A stretch of DNA of 46,770 bases from Bacteroidales bacterium (GTDB taxonomy: Bacteria; Bacteroidota; Bacteroidia; Bacteroidales; UBA3663), in contig JAZUIL010000116.1 in assembly GCA_045642245.1 (NCBI GenBank), positions 1 through 46,770 of the forward strand. The letters are read 5' to 3'. The notes under the pieces were generated by a model. It searched no databases. It was given only the letters and a program-made list of their open reading frames with translations, and was not told where the DNA came from. The translations under genes and the position numbers were made by a program. Of this stretch, positions 33,169 to 41,293 are shown piece after piece; within the stretch, counting starts at the first letter, position 1; each line of letters begins with the position of its first letter.

Positions 33169-33900
33169 TCATTTTACTATGACCTGCTTAACATCTTTGT
33201 TCTTCTCCGATATCGACGGATTAGATTCCAAAAAGTTATATAACTGTTCGTTTGTAAATGGTTCTCCTTTATATAACCCATAATAGATTTCCTGTATCAC
33301 TTGATTATCTTCATCTGTATCCATTGTCAAACGATAAGGTTTGGATAATTTTTTCTTAAATTCATACAAGCCAACCTTGAAATTGTCTGGATTCTGGTAA
33401 TAGTACGGTGTAACATGTTCATGCTGAGGTTGTGTTTCTGCCTTTTCAAAGACCTTTTTGAAAGATGAAAACGTAAATACTTCAACACCTGTTCCCAAAG
33501 GCACATTATTACACTTTACATAATCATAATCCCCTGCAAACGCTATAACCTCATCAGCCATCTTCCAATCGACACAAGGATTATCGCATGTTGCACGAAC
33601 AATTACCTCCGGATTATAAGGCAACACGCAATTGTAAAAACGATCAAGAACATCGTCTTCACTACCCCTGAAATATGGGATCCTATGAAGAATCAGGAAA
33701 TCCTCCAATGGATCATTCAGTTTAGAATCTGGAATTGCAAATATAATCTTATCGATTCTTTGAGAAAGGCTTAATCGCTCATAGACGTGTTCTAAAACTG
33801 TTTTTCCAGAATCCCCTAGACACATCAAAACCTTGTTCGGCAAACGAGAAGACGTAAGTCTTGCCTGTACAACACAAATTGTTTTTACCATATTGTCCAT
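33169..33900 (-). CDS. SpsF/FlmC-like cytidylyltransferase (CTP_transf_3 fold)
   Basis: ICVVQARLTSSRLPNKVL, VRATCDNP and the RLTMDTDED motif are typical of the SpsF-type acylneuraminate cytidylyltransferase family. Confidence 0.75.
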   Translation of the reverse strand: MDNMVKTICVVQARLTSSRLPNKVLMCLGDSGKTVLEHVYERLSLSQRIDKIIFAIPDSKLNDPLEDFLILHRIPYFRGSEDDVLDRFYNCVLPYNPEVIVRATCDNPCVDWKMADEVIAFAGDYDYVKCNNVPLGTGVEVFTFSSFKKVFEKAETQPQHEHVTPYYYQNPDNFKVGLYEFKKKLSKPYRLTMDTDEDNQVIQEIYYGLYKGEPFTNEQLYNFLESNPSISEKNKDVKQVIVK

Positions 33901-34673
33901 CCTCCGTCAACAACTATATTTTGTCCTACAATATAATCGGAAGCATGTGATGCTAATAAAACCACTGCTCCCTTTAAATCTTCTGGTCGTCCAATACGAT
34001 GAGCAGGATTTTTGAGAGAGAGACGTCTTATGAACTCCTTGTTTTCCTGAATCTTCTTTGAAGGGAACGTACCAGGAGAAATTGCATTCACATTAATATT
34101 TTTTGCAATTAAATATGTCCCAAAGTATTTTGTCATTTGAATTACTGCAGCCTTTAGTGCTCCATAATGTACCGGGTTTAAATATGGGCTACAAACATCA
34201 TTATACATAGAAAGATCGGGAGAAACAATCCCATACATTGATCCAATATTAACAATCTTTCCATAACCATTTTTCTCCATATATGGCACAATCTCTCTAA
34301 TACACTTAAAAGCACCAGCCAAAACGCCTTCTGACGTTTCAAGCCACATCTCATCAGTAATCTGTTCTGGAAGACAACCACCGCCATTAATATAGACAGC
34401 ATTATTAATTAATATATCAATTCTTCCACATTCTTTAAAAATATAGCTAAACGCTTTTTTTATTGACTCTGTCTGTAAGATGTCTGCTTCAACAAATGAC
34501 ACATTATGTACATTATTGAAATGCTCGTTAAATGTTTCAACATTTCTAGCCATGACATATACTTTCGCCCCAGCTTCTAATAATGCTTCCGTCATTGCTT
34601 TGCCAAGATGACCAGCTCCGCCAGTAACTATTGCAATCTTGCCATCCAAAGATAGCATATCTATAACGTTCAT
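33885..34673 (-). CDS. Short-chain dehydrogenase/reductase (SDR)
   Basis: It has IAIVTGGAGHLGKA (TGxxxGxG), NNAV, the catalytic region S...YGALKAA, and a GQNIVVDGGWTIW C-terminus. Confidence 0.9.
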   Translation of the reverse strand: MNVIDMLSLDGKIAIVTGGAGHLGKAMTEALLEAGAKVYVMARNVETFNEHFNNVHNVSFVEADILQTESIKKAFSYIFKECGRIDILINNAVYINGGGCLPEQITDEMWLETSEGVLAGAFKCIREIVPYMEKNGYGKIVNIGSMYGIVSPDLSMYNDVCSPYLNPVHYGALKAAVIQMTKYFGTYLIAKNINVNAISPGTFPSKKIQENKEFIRRLSLKNPAHRIGRPEDLKGAVVLLASHASDYIVGQNIVVDGGWTIW

Positions 34674-34791
34674 AATAAAATATTTAACAGAAAATGATTT
34701 TTTCGTATATCAATCTCTTTTGTAAAGAGTCACTAAACAAAATCGAACAATCTTTCATAGCATAGTAGATCATTTTGTGAGTGACTATTCC

Positions 34792-35478
34792 TTATTGCAC
34801 GGGAATCCTTTCTGCCTTCCATTTAACATTTTGTTTTACAACTTTGGCAGGGATTCCCGCTATCACAGAATGCCCAGGGAAATGTTTGTTTGTAATAATT
34901 GAACCAGTTCCAATGATTGAATCATTTCCAATTGTAGCACCTTTCAGTAATTTACAATCATGACCAATCCAAACACGATTCCCTACGTTTATATCCATTG
35001 ATGGATTAATCCGGTTACCAGACTCTAAATCAATAATACTATGACTGTCCCCCACTCTAAATTCAATTTGATCTGAAAAGAGACAATCTTCGCCAATATG
35101 AATAGACCTTCCTTCAATTACCGCTAAATTCGTATTTCCAAAAATAGTGACATGTCGATCTAACAAAATTGAACCATTATCATTTTCAATATAGAAAGTA
35201 ACACCATTAAGAATAGAATCGGCATCGATTTTTATCTTATTATTATTACCTAAAATGACAAAAGAACAAAAATTTAACTTTGTTAATCCTCCACAAATAA
35301 TTATGGAATTATTGCTACCTTCTATTTGGAACTTACAATGCTTAGCAAAAACTCCAGACATAGAAATTCTATTACTACTGCCATGAATTCTCTTTATATT
35401 TCTGTTTACCAACCTATAAACAGCAGAAAGAATTCTTCCATATTTCGATATTATTCTGTTTTTCCTTTCTTTATCCAT
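34792..35478 (-). CDS. Left-handed beta-helix (hexapeptide) acyltransferase
   Basis: VGNRVWIGHDCKLLKGATIGNDSIIGTGSIIT and GIPAKVVKQNVKW are present. Confidence 0.85.
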   Translation of the reverse strand: MDKERKNRIISKYGRILSAVYRLVNRNIKRIHGSSNRISMSGVFAKHCKFQIEGSNNSIIICGGLTKLNFCSFVILGNNNKIKIDADSILNGVTFYIENDNGSILLDRHVTIFGNTNLAVIEGRSIHIGEDCLFSDQIEFRVGDSHSIIDLESGNRINPSMDINVGNRVWIGHDCKLLKGATIGNDSIIGTGSIITNKHFPGHSVIAGIPAKVVKQNVKWKAERIPVQ

Positions 35479-35522
35479 AGAGAAGACATTTTAGTCGACA
35501 GTTTAATTCTATGTTCTCAAAT

Positions 35523-36596
35523 CTAATAGCTTTTTAATGCACTTTTATATATGACATAAATAATATCTATCATTCTATCAATCGTGAATCTATCCATAAA
35601 AAAGTCCTTACTGTTTCGTGAAAGGACAGGGAGAATATTCGGCTGTTTTAGGATTCTATCGATTATTGAAATCGCTTCTTCTTTTGTGCTAAATAAAAAT
35701 CCTGTAACTCCATCCCGAACAACCTCATTATTTCCTCTCACTTTTGTCGCTAGTGTCGGGATTCCCAAACTGGCGGCTTCAATAATACCATAAGGAAGAC
35801 CCTCAAATCTTGAAGTAGAAAGATAAATAGATGCTTTTGCTACATATGACATCGGATCTCGAACAAACCCAGTAAACTCGATGTTACATCCTTCCTCTTT
35901 TGCATTTGTTTCAAGACGTGCTCGATCCTCTCCATCTCCCAACCACGTAAATTGAAGTCTAGGGTCAGATTTATAGTGCCGAGCAATATCAAATGCAAAA
36001 TCCATATTCTTAGAATAGTCAAAGCGAGAGAGTGTTATAACATTAAGCGAGTCTCCTGTTTTATATTCATTTTGACATGGAATTTCAATACCATTATATA
36101 CAATTATTCCTCCACATCGATTAATAAAATGCATTTGCTCTGCAACAGCATACTCACTTTCACTAACCAAAACAAAAAGATCTGTGAAATGCCGCAGAAA
36201 GCGTCCTATCATTTTATTTGCAATTGATTTCCCCAATGAATCATAGTTTTCTGTTATACCATGGAACGTATGTATAATTCTCGCCTTACACCCCAATAGT
36301 TTTAACAATCTTGAATACATTCCAGCTCCATTGCCATGAGAATGTATTATATCTATTTTATGATATTCAGTAAATTTCTTTAGTTCCATTAGTTTACTGA
36401 ATGAAAAACTTCTATGTGGGATATTAATGGATTCTACTATCCTATTGTTTTGTTTCCACATATCAGAATATGGATCTCCATCTACTGGATATGCCACATA
36501 TAAATCAACATCGGAGGGTAATCCATAAATAAGCTGATTCACATGTTTAGGTCCACCACCAAAATCACTACGAACTGTTATCAACAATACTCTCAT
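35523..36596 (-). CDS. GT4 (GT-B) glycosyltransferase
   Basis: It has MRVLLITVRSDFGGGPKHV, and STSRFEGLPYGIIEAASLGIPTLATKVRGNNEVVRDGVTGFLF. Confidence 0.88.
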   Translation of the reverse strand: MRVLLITVRSDFGGGPKHVNQLIYGLPSDVDLYVAYPVDGDPYSDMWKQNNRIVESINIPHRSFSFSKLMELKKFTEYHKIDIIHSHGNGAGMYSRLLKLLGCKARIIHTFHGITENYDSLGKSIANKMIGRFLRHFTDLFVLVSESEYAVAEQMHFINRCGGIIVYNGIEIPCQNEYKTGDSLNVITLSRFDYSKNMDFAFDIARHYKSDPRLQFTWLGDGEDRARLETNAKEEGCNIEFTGFVRDPMSYVAKASIYLSTSRFEGLPYGIIEAASLGIPTLATKVRGNNEVVRDGVTGFLFSTKEEAISIIDRILKQPNILPVLSRNSKDFFMDRFTIDRMIDIIYVIYKSALKSY

Positions 36597-36653
36597 AAGT
36601 ATTTATTGTTTGCTTTTATCCTAAGATCAAAAACAAAATTATATACGTTTTTT

Positions 36654-37769
36654 CTAGAATTCATCTATTTCATATGGGTACGTTGCCGTACTTCCTTGTA
36701 CTACAATAGTGATATACCAATAAAAAATAAAGAATAGGGCTAATAATACAGTAAATTTTCTTAAAACAAGACTTTTCTGAAAGAACAAAGCAATATGTAC
36801 AAATAAGTAAGGAAGTATATATAATCCCAATCGACCGGCCTGTGTAGATATATAATTAAAGGCGAATAAAGATATATATATCAAAAATAGATATATAAAA
36901 CTATTATATAGTTTAATTTGCTGTTTATGTAAAGGTCTTCCCCAGAAATACATTGAAAAAAACAATATAAACGTAAATAATAATTCAAAAACAGCAAGAT
37001 CACCATCCTTTCTATTCAAATATCCTGTAAATCTTATCAAAAGAGGATGTACCGACAATAATTTTGACAAAAAGAAATAATTTCCAAAGACCGTTGAAAG
37101 AAGTATTAAAACGAATGCATAACGTAACCATTTTGTTTTTATCTTACGTTCAAAGAAAAAAATAAGTATCGCTATAGATGTAAAATGAAACGTTAACGCT
37201 ATTCCTAATAATATTAGAGGAATAATTTTTTTGTTTTGATCCCACTTAACATATGCAATTAAGCATAAAGATATAGCAATGGATTGTTTTGCAAGATTCA
37301 TTGTTTGACAGAACAACATACAACAGAAGAAAAGCCATGGTAGCCAAATTGGCATATTGTATTTTCTTGAATGGTAATCAAAAAAGTACATAAAACCTCC
37401 ATTGATGATCAACGCTGTCATCATAAGCATAAAGTGAAAATCTGGCACCGTATGCGCACATATATATCCAAATGTAGCATACCCATATTCACTCATGTAA
37501 AGTCTGAAATTTGTAACAAACAAAAAGTGTGAAAATTCAGTCTCTTCAAGAGCATAAGTAAAAACTGGATACGGATATAATAACGTATCTGTTCCTACGG
37601 AAGGATCTCTCAATCCCGCTAATAAGGTGAACGCGACAACAATTAGTATAGAAATAAGTCGTGGCGTTGTTTGATTAGCGACAACTCTATTGTCTGAACA
37701 AACAACTCTATCCTTATTTTTAATACTTAATAATAAGGCACTCAACACGAAAAACAATATATATATCAT
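36654..37769 (-). CDS. wzy: EpsG-family / Wzy-type polysaccharide polymerase
   Basis: 371 aa, highly hydrophobic multi-pass protein. It has the GLRDPSVGTDT motif typical of the EpsG family and is located between glycosyltransferases. Confidence 0.7.
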   Translation of the reverse strand: MIYILFFVLSALLLSIKNKDRVVCSDNRVVANQTTPRLISILIVVAFTLLAGLRDPSVGTDTLLYPYPVFTYALEETEFSHFLFVTNFRLYMSEYGYATFGYICAHTVPDFHFMLMMTALIINGGFMYFFDYHSRKYNMPIWLPWLFFCCMLFCQTMNLAKQSIAISLCLIAYVKWDQNKKIIPLILLGIALTFHFTSIAILIFFFERKIKTKWLRYAFVLILLSTVFGNYFFLSKLLSVHPLLIRFTGYLNRKDGDLAVFELLFTFILFFSMYFWGRPLHKQQIKLYNSFIYLFLIYISLFAFNYISTQAGRLGLYILPYLFVHIALFFQKSLVLRKFTVLLALFFIFYWYITIVVQGSTATYPYEIDEF

Positions 37770-37770
37770 T

Positions 37771-38703
37771 CTAGCGGATTACCTTTTGATAAGATTTAAT
37801 ATCCTTATCATTTATTACGCCTTTTCGTCTGGAATAAAAACGTCGACCAGATTCTTTAATATCAATCATTATTCGACAGATCGGCATTTTAATTAAATAC
37901 CTAACTAATTCATATCCAAAAAAGCCAAAAGAGATTTTCTGAATATCAAAAATTGGGCCAATTAAATTCATCCAATATTGGATCTTAACCTGATTGTGTT
38001 GATATAATGAATTAATGCTATATGCAACTAATATTCTTGATTTGGCTGTATCTAGAGAGATTCGAGTGCAAATAGATCCATCACGAACAGTACTGCAATA
38101 TCCAACGAAATCATCATATGCAATTGATCTTGAGTATAAACCATAACATGCCGCAAAATATGCATCATTCGAAGCAGAGACTTCCTGAAAACTAATATGA
38201 TACTGTTGTGCGATATCTCGACGGAATAGTTTTCCCCAAACGCTATGATGCATGTATCGAAGAACATTTAAATCGTTCTTTTCTCGATATAACAATGTGA
38301 TGTCTTCTCGATTTGCTACAGGTTGTAAATTATTGGAAAATACACTATCTGTTTCAAAAACGACTAAATCCACATCCTGATCATCATATTTAGTGTAAAG
38401 GTCAAAAACACCTTCATGAAAAAAATCATCGGCATCTGCAAACATAAGCCATCTTCCTTTTGCATTTCTATAACCGACGTTTCTGGCAGCTCCTGCACCT
38501 TTTGACTCCTTTATAAAAAAAATACTAGTATTATTTCTCGCACTACCTGGGAAATTACCGAAATCTACAATTATAGGATCACTATTATCGTCAATAACCA
38601 ACACTTCAATATCATCTCGAACAGGAATTGAAGAAAGACATCTTTCTAATAGATCCGGTATGTTTTTATGAGGAATAATAACGGATATTGCTGGATCAAC
38701 CAT
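37771..38703 (-). CDS. GT2 glycosyltransferase
   Basis: ISVIIPHKNIPDLLERCLSSI...VLVIDDNSD, GAGAARNVG and FADADDF are present. Confidence 0.88.
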   Translation of the reverse strand: MVDPAISVIIPHKNIPDLLERCLSSIPVRDDIEVLVIDDNSDPIIVDFGNFPGSARNNTSIFFIKESKGAGAARNVGYRNAKGRWLMFADADDFFHEGVFDLYTKYDDQDVDLVVFETDSVFSNNLQPVANREDITLLYREKNDLNVLRYMHHSVWGKLFRRDIAQQYHISFQEVSASNDAYFAACYGLYSRSIAYDDFVGYCSTVRDGSICTRISLDTAKSRILVAYSINSLYQHNQVKIQYWMNLIGPIFDIQKISFGFFGYELVRYLIKMPICRIMIDIKESGRRFYSRRKGVINDKDIKSYQKVIR

Positions 38704-39556
38704 GATGTCTTAATTTATAAATATAAGGACAGAGCACATATAAATGCTGAACAGAAATCACTTTAATAGCATGAAATAAGCCTAAGTGTCTTTTACAAAA
38801 GATAAAAGATTTTATTGCACTATATTTATCAGAATACAATAGTTGTAATCTTTTACAAAATGAGTATTGGTTATTCAAATATGGTTCAGTATTATGATCA
38901 TGCCTATTACACACTCCGACATATTTAGACGTTAATTTAACTAGAAAACTATTCTTTCGAGCTCTACATCCATAATCCCAATCACCAAAAGAGTGGATAA
39001 AAACCTGATCGATAAAACCTAATTTATTAAATATGATTTGAGGGATAAGGACCAAATTTCCGTTCATTAAAAATATATCTTGATATACTCCGTTAGGACT
39101 TAACAACTTTCTTTCTTTATTTGATCCTCCGTAACTCACATTACCATACTTATTGCAGAATGCACCACTAATAATAGCTTTCTTCTCATAATTGAATGAT
39201 GCATTAAACAATGTTTCTAAACCATCGTTATATAATTCTACATCATCATTAAACCAAAGATAATAATCATATTTGATTTTGCTATCAATTGCAGTCTGCC
39301 ATGCTAAACGCATTCCTCTACTCCAAAAAAGATTCCCTTCACTATTTATTATGTTGACTTTAGGGAACTCCCTCTTAACAGCGGATCCTGTCCCATCAGA
39401 ACTACCGTCATCTGTCATATAGATATCAAAATGACAATTACTAAAAGACAAATTAGCAATAGAATTATATAAAGAATATAACCCTTTCAATGTAATATCC
39501 TTTCGGTTATAAACAGTCATTATGACTGCTATATAAAGATGATTCTCCGATTCCAT
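38696..39556 (-). CDS. GT2 glycosyltransferase
   Basis: IAVIMTVYNRKDITLKGLYSL...YMTDDGSSDGT and WFNDDV are present. Confidence 0.85.
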   Translation of the reverse strand: MESENHLYIAVIMTVYNRKDITLKGLYSLYNSIANLSFSNCHFDIYMTDDGSSDGTGSAVKREFPKVNIINSEGNLFWSRGMRLAWQTAIDSKIKYDYYLWFNDDVELYNDGLETLFNASFNYEKKAIISGAFCNKYGNVSYGGSNKERKLLSPNGVYQDIFLMNGNLVLIPQIIFNKLGFIDQVFIHSFGDWDYGCRARKNSFLVKLTSKYVGVCNRHDHNTEPYLNNQYSFCKRLQLLYSDKYSAIKSFIFCKRHLGLFHAIKVISVQHLYVLCPYIYKLRHHG

Positions 39557-39643
39557 CTTCTACCAACACTAGAATAACCTTATTCAAACTTAATAATTAA
39601 GCTATGTAAAAAGTCATTCTATTTGTCAATGTATAAAAATATG

Positions 39644-40936
39644 TCATTTTCGGATTACAAGTCCGTTTTGTTCTAATTTCTCAATAATAGGGATTAGAAT
39701 ATCTATAGGTTGATTAATACTTTTACTGATACTTATAAGATCATTATCTCCATCAGCATAAGCCAGAAAATCGCGAAGTGCAACAACTGCATCATATGCA
39801 CCCTTACGGCTTACTGTTGGATAAAGCCCTCTCTTACCAAGTTGAGGTTCACAATGGCAAGTTACCTGATATTTATAATTATGTTCAAGCGCATCGACAA
39901 TCTTTTGCATAAGCGACAATGTTCCTTGTAGACCTTCTGGTGAAATAAGTGTCATATCATCAGCTGATGTATGATACTCCGGATACTCGTGGTATTTACT
40001 TCTACAAATACCACAAAATGGAAGATTCACGGTAGGAGCACAAAACTGTCGCTCATCAGAACCTCGTTTAAGAAACGAATAAGTTTGATACTCTGGAGCA
40101 AAGAATCCCAAAACATTTTTAGCGACTCTATCTGCTAATGTATCTGCTGTTCTAGACTCGACAAGAGAATAAGCTCTATTATCACCTACACAACTCAAAA
40201 CAAAACCTGCCTTAACATGATCCTGAAGAGAGGTGAGATTTTTACTAAGATAAGTTATAGAGCCTATAGTCTCTGGATTAATAAGGAAACGATAAGTATA
40301 GCGACGTGTAGGAAAAGATTTGACATACTTAATGAGTTCCGTCATTACAATGGGACCAGAAAGTTCATTATTAGCCATTGATGGATGACAAAGATAAGTC
40401 GTAATCATTACTTCTTCCTCAGTCTCTCCTGGTAAAATCAATTCTCCATACGTCAAACTTCCATCCTCCAGGGAACTATCAATACAAACATGATAACTGT
40501 CATCGGTAAGGACCTTCTTTTGATTCTCGGTCATACAAAATCCCCAGCGCTCCTTATAGTAGGATGTTACATAAGGAATCCAATCCGGTTGCTCCGGCAT
40601 GGTATAAACATGTTCCAACAATTCTTCTTTTGAAACAATGGTATCCACCGGTATTGAATATCCTAAGACATGCAAGTTCGAATTCTTAAAATCTACGATT
40701 CTCTCCCCACTTAATGTCTCGATATATCCTCCTTTAATATTCCATTCCTTTGGGACTGTCCAATCAAAAACTTGCGTACCAGTAGGAACCTCAACAACAG
40801 TTATCTCTGGTAATTGTTCCCTGATAATGTTCAATGATTCCCTGAACCCATTTCCTGTAATACTTCTACAAATAGGGAAAAGGCGTTCTGCTAAGCTATA
40901 CATAACTTGACCATGGTTTTCCATAATTGACTCCAT
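39644..40936 (-). CDS. DUF4910/aminopeptidase-like (M28-fold) protein, first gene of the AT-rich polysaccharide operon
   Basis: MYSLAERLFPICRSITGNGFRESL...EVPTGTQVFDWTVPKEWNI matches my memory of the 'polysaccharide biosynthesis protein with aminopeptidase-like domain' family. The family name is from memory. Confidence 0.7.
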   Translation of the reverse strand: MESIMENHGQVMYSLAERLFPICRSITGNGFRESLNIIREQLPEITVVEVPTGTQVFDWTVPKEWNIKGGYIETLSGERIVDFKNSNLHVLGYSIPVDTIVSKEELLEHVYTMPEQPDWIPYVTSYYKERWGFCMTENQKKVLTDDSYHVCIDSSLEDGSLTYGELILPGETEEEVMITTYLCHPSMANNELSGPIVMTELIKYVKSFPTRRYTYRFLINPETIGSITYLSKNLTSLQDHVKAGFVLSCVGDNRAYSLVESRTADTLADRVAKNVLGFFAPEYQTYSFLKRGSDERQFCAPTVNLPFCGICRSKYHEYPEYHTSADDMTLISPEGLQGTLSLMQKIVDALEHNYKYQVTCHCEPQLGKRGLYPTVSRKGAYDAVVALRDFLAYADGDNDLISISKSINQPIDILIPIIEKLEQNGLVIRK

Positions 40937-41081
40937 CGATTAATCTAGCTATTTATAACCTTTAATTCTTTTTTCGTAAAAATAACAACTCTATCGAACA
41001 TTTCCATAAGGCAAAGCTTCGCCACAACCTCACACAAAAGAAAATGAGGCTGAAAAGAGAGTATATACATAATAATGCGCG

Positions 41082-41089
41082 GCAAATAT
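41082..41089 (-). promoter_or_regulatory. Bacteroidota -7 box (TATATTTG) for the AT-rich polysaccharide operon
   Basis: The reverse complement of CAAATATA lies immediately downstream of the glmS terminator and about 145 nt upstream of ATG 40936. Confidence 0.55.
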
Positions 41090-41141
41090 AAATATATTTT
41101 TCGTAAACAACAAATTTAAGGAGGTTATTTATAAAAAATAG

Positions 41142-41177
41142 GGCATTCAAAGAGGATTTAACACCTTTTTGAATGCC
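41142..41177 (-). terminator. Rho-independent terminator of glmS
   Basis: A 10-bp stem, GGCATTCAAA/TTTGAATGCC, followed on the minus strand by CTATTTTTTA. Confidence 0.75.
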
Positions 41178-41293
41178 TTATAGGCCAATTAGAACCCTAT
41201 TATATGAGAATTCTCTTCGATAAAAGAACATCAACGGCAATTATCGAATGCTAAAAAATATGCCAATAGTGGAGCTTCTCCCCCTATTTCAAA

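Noticed and set aside
40962-41150. A 62-aa minus-strand ORF between glmS and the polysaccharide operon.
   Set aside because: It spans the predicted -7 box and reaches into the glmS terminator hairpin, and it has a hydrophobic low-complexity sequence with no homology I recognise. It is more likely a leader or promoter region.
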